A DNA stretch of 64,000 nucleotides from Chiloscyllium plagiosum. Its lineage: Eukaryota. Below are positions 39,260-49,497 of the stretch, in pieces. Every line of letters starts with the position of its first letter. Position 1 is the first letter of the stretch. Position numbers and translations under genes: made by a program. Location of the stretch: contig NC_057718.1 of NCBI RefSeq assembly GCF_004010195.1, positions 55,274,196 through 55,338,195 of the forward strand. Direction: 5' to 3'. The notes beneath the pieces were generated by a model. It did not search any database, was not told where the DNA came from, and saw only the letters and a program-made list of their open reading frames with translations.

Positions 39260-40227
39260 TCTGAGAGTCTCAACAAACTAAAGCAGTCTGGGAAGTATTG
39301 TTTTGTTTCTCAAGATTTTAAATTGCTGTCACTATTTTAAGGTTTAATAATCAATATTCACTAGAAACACAGACACGTGACTATGGTGTCTAATTCCACT
39401 TTTAAGTGATTCCATAAGTTTAAGGGTAATATTGAGATGTTTATACTGCCGTCCTATTGTGTATGGAATGCAACTAAAAGAAGAACATTATTCCTCTTTC
39501 CCTTGTGATGGAAATATGAGACTTTCCCGTTACGTGAGGTACTTAAACAAATGATTGTAATTCTTCCATATTTAAGGAGGGACTCTTACAGGAACTACTT
39601 AATTGTGCGTTTTTGTAGAAAACCCCTGTTCATTTAAAAATCGGAAACCTTAAAAATTTTAGTTAATCTCGTGTGTGCACAAAGAGCAACTGTTTTTTCT
39701 AGCAACTACTCGATTCTTTTTACCAATGCATACCTTTTGTAAACCCCTTTTTTTTGCAAGTGGTACATTCCCATTCCTTCCTACTCTTATGTTAATAGTG
39801 ACATCATTCAAACTGTGACTGCCTACTACTTAAATTACACTGCAGACTGGAGTAATGTGAAGGTGAGCTTATTGGCTTCAGAAAGAAGGAAGATAAGCTG
39901 CAGGCTTGTGTTTAGTGGGTGTGCCGTTCAGTCGTTCATTTCCTTGGAAATTTTAAAGCTGCTGGCTAAAATAGTCTGGAGATTTGCGAACTGAACAATC
40001 AAAAGGCGATATGATGCTGATCTATGGGTGATGCCTTTTTACACCATCAACCTACAGTGAATGGAGTATGCTGGATTTTCGTTCATTTAAGAAGCTTACT
40101 TGCAGGCCAGTTACACGAACGGTAACCAGCCACTCTTTTCTACCAGGGTTCTGTGGTGAACTGAGTCTGCAGGAGGATTACATTCCTCTTATTTTTACTG
40201 TTTTGCCCTTCATTGCATTGCTATCAA
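39260..40227 (+). promoter_or_regulatory. Putative internal promoter / 5' UTR of the short SPTBN1 isoform
   Basis: Repeat-free island directly upstream of the alternative ATG. CATTCC/GGAATG (MCAT/TEAD-type) hexamers at 39465, 39766, 39772 and 40181; CCAAT at 39723; ATTGG at 39871; TACGTG at 39531. TSS not determinable. Confidence 0.55.
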
Positions 40228-40336
40228 ATGGAAATACATAGGACATCTAGCATGTCAGGACCATTATCCACTGGCTTTCCTTCTCAGATACCATACAATT
40301 ATAATCAGCTGGAAGGAAGATTCAAGCAGCTTCAAG
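40228..40336 (+). CDS. SPTBN1: SPTBN1 alternative first coding exon of the short N-terminal isoform (36 codons + 1 nt, phase-1 donor)
   Basis: Manual translation MEIHRTSSMSGPLSTGFPSQIPYNYNQLEGRFKQLQ matches the recalled human isoform-2 start MELQRTSSISGPLSPAYTGQVPYNYNQLEGRFKQLQ in length and sequence. Strong Kozak aaaATGG; donor AAG|GTAAGC at 40336/40337; same phase as the 2085 donor. Confidence 0.95.
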
Positions 40337-41393
40337 GTAAGCATGCTAAGCCATTGTTAGTGCTGTTGTTGGAATCCCTATGAACTCGTTAGCAGGTGCA
40401 ATAACCATGTGGTGCCATAATATTTTTAAAACAAGTTGCACTTTTAAAGCTTTTTAAATAAATGATATGGTGCTAGGTAGAAAATAGCTAAATATTATTA
40501 ATAAGTTAAAACATTTTTATAACAGAAAACAGGCTGACAACAACCTTCTAGATGCAGTGATCAGATAATGCACCTTCCCTGTATTTAGCCTTAACTGAGT
40601 TAATAGAACATTTTGGTAGCTGAGTGAATGAGAACAATAGAGGAAGAAAAGAGGGAGTGGTCCTTTTTTTAGACTACTTATGAAATTGCTAAATTTTGTT
40701 TTGCCATTTAATCTTGTGGGAACAAAGCTTTGCTTTCTGCTTCAGACTGTGAAAGGACTCCCTTGTTCTTCAGCTATGCTTTGAAATATTTAACATTGGC
40801 ACATAAATTATAAACAGGAGATGGAAGATGACTGAAGCCATGATAATTGTGTTCCAGACAATTATGCCTTTGAGCTTGAAATGGCGAAAGGAGCTTTTAT
40901 TTGTAATTCATTTTTTTTAAGCTGAGAAAGAGGTGATCTTTCTCACTGATTGCAATTTAGTAGCTAACTGGTAGATTGCTTCAGCAGTATTATATTCTGG
41001 AAGGCTAGTATTGTATTAACTGAAAGAAAAAACTGCTTCATCGCTATTTAAAATGCGCGCAACCAACTACAACGTTATGTGCATGATTTAGCTGTAAAAA
41101 TGTTCTCAAACGTTTCCCTGTTAGCACCAAGTTTTTTCCACTATGTTGCCAAATCTTGCTGATCGGGAATGTCCCAGGGGTTTTCTGTGGTCTTGGAAAC
41201 AGAATAATCTAAGCTGGGTGTTTCTGTGCTTGCTAGTTGGAGACAGATAACTCAGGGTTCCCAACTTCTTGCTATGTAACAGTCAACAATCCCTTTCATT
41301 AATTGGGGTGCTGACTGCAGTGATTGATGTATTGTGGTCACATGCTGAGATACAGTGAAAAGTGGTATTTTGTGTGCTATACAGGCAGATCAT

Positions 41394-44300
41394 TGCAAGC
41401 CAGGCAGCATCAGGAGGTGGAGGTTGACATTCCAGGTGTTACCCTTCTTCAGGATTGAGGGAGCTGCAGATAAAGGGGGAGGTGGGAGCAGAGTGGTGAA
41501 GTGGGGTTAGGTGAAGACCGGTGGAGGGTACGACCTAGTTAGTCATTGGGAGGAATGGATCCGGTGGAATGGGGAAGGAGGTTATTTGAAATTGGAAAAC
41601 TCAATGTTGAGTCCTCCAGGGTGTAGGGTGCCCAGGCGAAAGATATGGTGTTGATCCTCCAATAGGCGCTGTGGTTTGGTTTGGCAATGGAGGAGGTCAA
41701 GGATCATCATGGCGGAAAGGGAGTGGTTGGGAGAATTGAAATGGGCGCTGACTGGGAGATCCAATCAGCCCCTGCAGACCTGACTGCAACGTTCTGTGAG
41801 CTGTTCCCTAAGTTTATGTTCGGTCTCCCTGATGTAGAGAAGACCACATCGGGAGCACCTGATGCAATAAACTAGGTTGGAAGAGAGGCAGGTGAACTTC
41901 TGTCTCACGTGGAAGGACTATTTGGGGCACTGGATGGAGGTGAGGGGGGTGGTGTACTGGCAAGTTTTGCATTTTTTCTAGTTACAGGGGAAGGTACCTG
42001 GGTATTTAGTGGCGGGGTGAGGACAAGAGGGGCTCTGCCCTTATTGTGTTAGTGGAGCGATGGAATGAGGAATGGAGGTGGTGCGACAGAGAGATGTCTA
42101 GATGATGGAGGGATGAATAGCGCATTGCTTAAAATAGGTGGACATCTGGGATACTTGCGAGTGGAGTGTCTCCTCATCCAAGCAGAGGCGGAGGAATTGG
42201 GAGAATGGGATGGAGTTTTTGCAGGATAGTGGATGGGAGGAGGTGTAGTCCGGGTAGTTATGGGAGTCTGTACATTTGTAGTAGACACCCATCTGCAAAC
42301 TATTGCCAGAGATGGAAAGGGAAGGGCGAGAAAGGGGAGGGAGGTGTCCGAGATGGACCAAGTGAATTTGAGGATGGAGTGGAAGTTGTGGGTGCAGTCA
42401 ATGAACTGCTCCAATTCAACCTGGGTGCAAGACACTGCACTGATGCAGTCAGTGATGTAACGGTGGAAGACTTTGGGTACAGTGCCTGTGCAGGTGCTGA
42501 AGAGGGACTGTTCGATGTGGCCGGCAAAGAGGCAGCGGAGCTGGGGCCCATCTGGGTACCCATGGCCACCCACTAGATTTGGAGGAAATGGGAGGAATTG
42601 AAGAAAATGCTATTGAGGGTGAGGACCAGATCAGCTTGGTGGAGGGGGACTGGATGGGTCTGTTGGAGAGGAAGAAGTTGAGGGCCTAGAGACCATCCTT
42701 GTGGGGTATGGACGTGTATAAGGACTGCACGGCCATAGTGAAAAGAAAGCCTGCAGGCCGGGGAAGTGGAAGTTGTTGAAGCTTTGGAGGTGTGGACATA
42801 AGTGGGAAGTGCCTGAACTAGGGGGGAGAGGATGGAGTCTAGGTAAGACGAGATGAGTTTGGTGGGGTAAGAGCATGCCGAGACAATGGGTTGTACATGA
42901 TAGTTGGGCTTGTAGGTCTTGGGGAGTAGGTAGAACCCGGTAGTGCAGGGCTGGGAGACTGAGTTTGGAGGCAGTACAGGTAAAGGGGAGATCACTAGAG
43001 GAAACAAAGGCACTGACTGTGTCGCTCATAGTCCCCCTGCCCCGCATGCCCGGTTCTACCTGCTCTCCAAAATCCATAAGCCCAACTACCATGCCCAACC
43101 CATTGTCTTGGCATGCTCCTGCCCCACCAAACTCATCTTGTCCTACCTTGACTGCTTCCTCTCCCCCCCAGTTCAGGCACTTCCCCACCTACGTCCACGC
43201 CCTCCATAGTTTCAACAACTTTCACTTCCCCAGCCCACAGCCTTTCTCTTCACTATGGCTGTGCTATCCTTATACCTGTCCGTACCCCACAAAGATGGCT
43301 TCCAGGCCCTCATCTTCTTCCTCTGGAACAGAGACCCATCCAGTTCCCCCTCCACCAAGAACCTCCTCTGCCTCACTGAACTGGTTGTCACCCTCAATAG
43401 CTTTTTCTTCAACTCCTCCCATTTCCTCCAAATCCAGTGGGTGGCCATTGGTACCCAGATGGGCCCAGCTCTACCTACCTTTTTGTCGGCCACATCAAAC
43501 AGTTTATCTTCACCTACACAGGCATTCTACCTCAACTTTTCCGCCGTTACGTCGATGACTGCATCAGTGCAGCATCCTGCACCCAGGCTGGACTGGAGCA
43601 GTTCATCGACTGCACCCACAACTTCTTCCCCTCCCTCAAATTCACTTGGTCCATCTCAGACACCTCCCTCCCCTTTCTCAACCTACCATTTCCATCTCCG
43701 GTGACAGTTTGCAGATGGAAGTCTACTGCAAACCTACAGACTCCCATAACTACCTGGACTACACCTCCTCCCACCTAGTATCCTGCAAAAACTTCATCTC
43801 ATTCTCCCAGTTCCTCTGCCGCATCTGCTCAGATGAGGAGACTCTCCACTTGCGAGTATCCCAGATGTCCACCTATTTTGAGCGACATGCTTTTCTGTCA
43901 TCCAGACATCCCACTGCCACACCACCTCCATTCCCTGTTCCACCACACTAAACTCCCCCCACCCCCCCCCCCCCCCAAACACAATAAGGACTGAATCCCC
44001 CCTTGTGCTCACCTACCACCCCACCAGTCTCCGCATCCAATGCATCATCCTCAAACAGTTCCGGCAACTCCAACTGGACCCCACCACCAAGAATATTTTC
44101 CCCTCCCCACCCCTCTCAGCCTCCGCAAGGATCATTCCCTCCAACAGTCCTTAGTTCGTGCCACCCCTGCCACCAAATGCTCAGGTACATTCCCCTGTAG
44201 CCAGAAAAAGTGCAAAACCTGCCAATATATCAACCCTCTCACCTCCATTCAGTGCCCTAAACAGTCCTTCTCGGTGAGACAGCGGTTCACCTCCCTCTCT

Positions 44301-44974
44301 TCCCATTTTAATTCTGCTAACCACTCCCTTTCCAACATGACCATACTTGATCTCCTCCATTGCTAACACAAACCAACAGGAGCAAAACCTTATCTTCCGT
44401 CTAGGCACCCTACAGCCTGGAGGACTCAACACTGGGTTCTCCAATATCAAATAATCTCCTTCCCCATCCCCCAGCTCCCTTCCCAGCCCCACCAGTTCAC
44501 TCTTATTGCTGCCTGCCACCAACCGGATCCATTCCTCCCATTAGGAGAAAGTGAGGACTGCAGATGCTGGAGATCAGTGTCATGAGTGTGGCGCTGGAAA
44601 AGCAGTTGCAGATCAGATAGCATCCAAGGAACAAGATAATCGACACTTCAGGCAAGAGTTTCTGATGAACGGCTCTTTCCCAAAACATCCATTCTCCTGT
44701 TCCTTGGATGCTGCCTGACCTGCTGTGCTTTTCCAGCACTACACTCACGACCCTCACCTCTCCCATTGACCAACCTGGTCGTACTCTCCACCTGTCTTCA
44801 CCTATCCCCATTTCACCACCCTGCCCCCATCTCCCCCTTCATTTGCAGCTTCCCCTACATCCAGGAGGGTTACGGGAGGACTTCTACACCTCCTGATGCT
44901 GTCTGGCTTGCTGTGTTCTTCTAGTGTTCTGCCTATCGACTATAGATCCAGCATCTGCAGGTTTTTTTTTGTCT
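41394..44974. mobile_element. Penelope-like element as a large inverted duplication (minus arm about 41394-43010, plus arm about 43025-44974); RT and GIY-YIG remnants
   Basis: AMGTQMGP and FRRYVDDCI RT motifs; FYLLSKIHKP; CKTCQYI and HFNSPNHSL...IFRLGTLHPGGLNIEF endonuclease C-terminus; 17-bp flanking repeat ctatacaggcaga(t/c)cat at 41377-93 and 44975-91. Confidence 0.9.
44543..44759. mobile_element. Mini Penelope-derived fold-back nested in the large Penelope element
   Basis: Inverted arms (gtgtggcgctggaaaagca / tgcttttccagcactacac); degenerate ctgatgaacggctctttcccaaaacatc core; CTCCCATT repeated at 44535-42 and 44760-67. Confidence 0.78.
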
Positions 44975-46424
44975 CTATACAGGCAGACCATACCATATAA
45001 AGTGCATCAGGGGAGCAGAACAAAGTGCAGAATGCAGTGTTAAAGCTGCAGAAAATGTTCAAAGAGATCAGAATTAACATTTGAGAAGTCTGTTCAAAAA
45101 TCTAATAACAGTGGGGAAGAGGCTGTTCTTCATTATATTCGTACATCTATTCAAATCTTTATACCTTCTGCCCAACAGAAGAGGGTGGAAGAGAATGTAA
45201 CCAGGGTGGAAGGGGCCTTTGATTATGTTGGTTACTTTCCCAAGGAGCGGGAGGTATGGATAAGGTGATAATATTACTGCATTTGGTTTAAAACATGTTA
45301 ACTGTTATACAGTTTTCAAGGATATACAATATGGTACACCATTAACCTAGGGAAATACTGGTACAAGTTGCAATATGGTATTTACATTACAAGTTTAATA
45401 AAATGTTTCTGTGGCAAGTGACAGTGTTCCACTGCATTATAAAATCTAGATAGGTCACTAGTTTACACCCAGAACTTTACCAAGACCTATCTGATTTAAT
45501 TTAAGGGCCTGATTTAGTTTTAATTCATTCATGGGACATAGGCATCGCTGGCCACCCTTGCTGCCCTTGAGAAGATGGTGATGAACTGCCTTATTGAGTC
45601 AGTGCATTCCATGTGCTAAAGGTAGACCCACAATTGATATTAATGGCAAATTCCAGGGTTTTGATCCATCAACAAGTGAAGGAATGGCAATGTTTTCAAA
45701 TCGGGATGTTGAGTAACTAGGAGGGAACTTGCAGGTAGTGGTGTTCTCATGTCTATGCTGCCTTGTCCTTCTCAATGGAAGTCGTCATGGATTTGGATGG
45801 TGTTGTATAAGGATCTTTGGTGAATTTCTGGAGTAGATAGATTTATTTTGTAATCGAGGTAAGATGGGTGGGTTGAAAAATAAGACAGGGAAACAGTGAC
45901 TTTGTAAAGCGAGGTAGAGATTATTTAGAAGGGAAAAATGAAGGTGGTTTTAATTTGTTTTGGAGTTAAATGGATCTTGAAGAGCATTAAGTATGTGTCG
46001 TTCTCACATTGTTATTAATGACAATAGTGGTTGGAGTGCTAGCCACTTGATCAAAAATCATGATTTACAACAGCAGCCTGTGAGAAATACTTTGTTCTGA
46101 CTGGGTACTGTAATACTTGTACAGATGCCAGAAAAATAGGGAGTAAATAGTATTGTAAGACACTACAAAAAGAGACAGATTAGACTAGGAAAATTGTGTG
46201 ACTTTTAATTTAAATAAATCTAAGATACATTTTTGGAGAAGCAACAAGTAGAATACACATTAAATTTCAAGAAGAGTGGTGAAACAGATTATTTGCAACC
46301 TGACATTGAAAGGGGATGCTTGATAGAAAATGGTTTCTTTAATAAAAGTGGTCCCTTTTGAAGAAGACACATGGTTTGATCTTATATAAAGCAACTGCTT
46401 CAATTTCCAAAAGATTTTTTAACA

Positions 46425-47140
46425 AGTCATAGAGTTATACAGCATGGAAACAGATCCTTCAGTCCAACCAGTCCATGCTGAACATAGTCCCAAATTTAAC
46501 TAGTCTCACCTGCCTGATCCTGGCCCATACCCTCCAAAGCTTTCCTATTCATGTATTTACCCAAATATTTGTTAGATGTTGTAACTGTACTCACATCAAC
46601 CACTTCCTAAAGAAGTTCATTCTACATTGGAACCACCCTCTGTTAATTTAAAAAAAACAATTGCTCTCTGTCTTTTTAAAATTTTTCTCCTTCCACCTGA
46701 AACATATACCCCCCTAGTCTTGAAATCCCCTATAGTAGGGAAAAGACAACTACCATTACTTTATCTTTACCTCTCATTATTTTATAAACTTCTATAAGGT
46801 CACCTCTCAATCTCATATCCTCCAGTGAAAAACATCCCAGCCTATCCAGTCTTTCCTTATAACTCATACCTTCTATACCCAGCAACATGCTTGGTGAATC
46901 TGTTCAGAACCCTCTCTAGCTTAATAATATCCTTCCCATACCTGAGTGACCAGAGCTGAGACAGGACTCCAGAAAAGACCTTGCTAATGTGCTGTACAAC
47001 CTTAAAAGGACTTCACAACTCCTTTACTCCAAGGACTGAACAATGAAGGCAAGCATGTGAAATGCCTTTTTGAACTACCTTGTTTATATGTGATACAAAC
47101 TTTAAAGAATTATGTACCTGCATTCCTAGGTGTATCATGT
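46425..47140 (-). mobile_element. CR1 3' fragment
   Basis: gtcatagagttatacagcatggaaacag tail signature; body matches the other CR1 3' ends. Confidence 0.78.
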
Positions 47141-48249
47141 CTTATTTTACCCAAAGTTTCACTGGTTTGCCTGTTTTGCATTTTTAAAAATAAATTGGAA
47201 ATGGTGATGATTAGCACAACTATAAAATTTGTGAATATTTTATAACAAAGACTCTGGGAAATAAAATAAATTGTAGACTATGATTCGTAGTTAATTTGAT
47301 GCTTGTTTGATGTCTCTCTTTGTTCCTTTTAAAGTATCAAGAGTAAAATTGTGTAAGCAGATTCAAGATAATGGAAAGGAGTCTTGAGAATAATGTTGAC
47401 AACTTGATAATGGTTCAATTTCTTGCTGAACAGCTGCCACCAAAACAAACCTGTTTCTAGGATGCAGTGCCCAAACTGAATAGTACTTTAGTAAAGTTTT
47501 TGGAGACCTCATCAGAGAACTGTATCATTGCAATTCCTATAATGGGAACTATGTTGACTTCAAAGAAGATACGATGACGGGCATAGATTCTGACTGTATC
47601 ATCCACACTTCCTGTCTAGTATATTGAAATCCTGCTATGATTTTGGATTCAAGTGATTTAAAAAATTGTGGGGATCTTGAAGTTATTGCTCTTGAAGTTA
47701 TTGCTGGAATCACTACTATACAGGTGGTCAGTTTGTTTGTTGTTGTGATGTAGCCAAAAAGAACTAGACATCGACTAAATAGAGAAAGCAGGGAATCTAG
47801 TTTCATATGAGGAAGACTGATATTGCTCAGTGATTCATTTGTGGAACTATACTGCATTGCTGCTGGTGAAGACTAACACCACCACAGCCCTCCAGGAATA
47901 TGAAACTTCATTTCTGAAATATTACAGAATCCGAGCAGAAAAGAAATATTTTGCACAAAAAGTAACAAGTTATGAATCCTTATCCATTTGTCTTCAAGGG
48001 GTAAGACAGAAAGTATTGAGAGGGGTTTATGAAATATTGCCATTTTTAGAAGGTGGTGATGAAAAAAAGGTGTGTTACAGAATGAGAGCAGTAAGACATT
48101 GATCTTGTGTGTCATACTTGTTTTTCTTATCCTGAGTACATAACCCTTTAAGACAGATTTAAAGATTCTGAGATGTTGATTTTTGAAACTAGGCTGAAGT
48201 ATTGATAAAGTGAATTTTAAAAGTCTAGGAAGATAGACATTATAAATAG

Positions 48250-48474
48250 GTTCTGGATGTAGGTTTGCTCGCTGAGCTGGAAGGTTCGTTTTCAAACGTT
48301 TTGTTACCATACTAGGTAACATCAGTAAGCCTCCAGAAGAAGCTTCATACAGAAGCTCACTGATGATGTTACCTAGCATGGTGACAAAATGTCTGAAAAC
48401 TAACCTTCCAGCTCAGTGAGCAAATCTACATCCAGAACTTCAACCTGAGCTACAAATTTTCTCAAAACCCGCTA
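48250..48474. mobile_element. Mini fold-back from a second Penelope-like family with degenerate hammerhead (CTGATGA 48360-66)
   Basis: 48250-48330 is the reverse complement of about 48356-48438; stem II GTTACC-tagcat-GGTGAC; flanking attataaa(t/c)aggt at 48239-51 and 48475-87. Confidence 0.75.
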
Positions 48475-49269
48475 ATTATAAACAGGTACATAAAATGTAA
48501 AATGTAAAATCAATAAGATAATGCTAAATCTGTACAAATCATTGTCTTAAATCACTATTATAGTTAAGATACAGAAGAAATTCACTAAGATTACACCAGG
48601 TCTCAGTTGCTTCATTTGAGGGAAAAAAAAATGGGTTATTTCCATCAGCACAATAAAGATTAGAGCAGATCTGATTGAGAGGTAAATATTTGTTTCCATT
48701 TTTGTAGTTGCTATCCAGAGAGTATAAATTTACAAAAAGGATAAAAGGAGAAATCCAAAGAATATTTAGTCAGAATTGGTAGGATGTGAAATGGCCGGGC
48801 ACAAATAACGGTGGAACCAGAATTCATAATCACTTTTCAAAAAACAGCAGAGAAGCACATAAAAAAAGTAAAATGACTGGGGGCAGGATGGAATGGGAAT
48901 AGCTACATAGTTCTTTTATAATCAGTGCAGATGCAATGGGTTAAATGGCACATTCTGTGTGTGATACTCTTTATTCTAATGGCCTTTTCTATCTTCTTCC
49001 AGATCTCCTCTGTCTCATGCACATTCATTCTCTCACTTTCACTTCCACTTGTATTCTCCCTGCTGCCATGAAGTGACTGCAAGAAAGAAACTGTGTATTT
49101 TACATATGCATAACCTCCACAAAAGGCTGTGCAATCAGTTAAGTACTTTTAGACAGTACCTATTTATCATATGCATACATACTCTGATGTGAGGTTCCCA
49201 TCTACTTCAAAAAGAGCACTGTCATCTCAGTGCCAAAGAGAAATCAGGCATTGTTCCATAATGACTACC

Positions 49270-49497
49270 TTCTTCTGGATCAGTGGTGCTGGAAGAGCAC
49301 AGCAATTCAGGCAGCATCCGACGAGCAGCAAAATCGACGTTTCGGGCAAAAGCCCTTAATCAGGAATAAAGCTGATGAAGGGCTTTTGCCCGAAACGTCG
49401 ATTTTGCTGCTCATCGGATGCTGCCTGAATTGCTGTGCTCTTCCAGCACCAGTGATCCAGAATCTGGTTTCCAGCATCTGCAGTCATTGTTTTTACT
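49270..49497. mobile_element. Young mini Penelope-derived fold-back (91-bp arms, 8-nt loop) with hammerhead pair
   Basis: 49273-49363 is the reverse complement of 49372-49462 (3 mismatches); exact 12-bp TSD ATAATGACTACC at 49258-69 and 49498-509. Confidence 0.92.
49368..49405 (+). ncRNA. Minimal hammerhead ribozyme motif, intact core (stem I 5' strand truncated)
   Basis: CTGATGA (49372-78), A-GGGC-tttt-GCCC, GAAAC (49392-96), GTC (49397-99). Confidence 0.68.

Noticed and set aside
39965..39974. MEF2 site (ctaaaatag); also a CArG-like ccatatttaagg at about 39566
   Set aside because: Spacing does not match consensus: one A/T short for MEF2, two too many for CArG.
47675..47704. 15-bp tandem duplication tcttgaagttattgc x2
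   Set aside because: Ordinary slippage duplication with no further structure.
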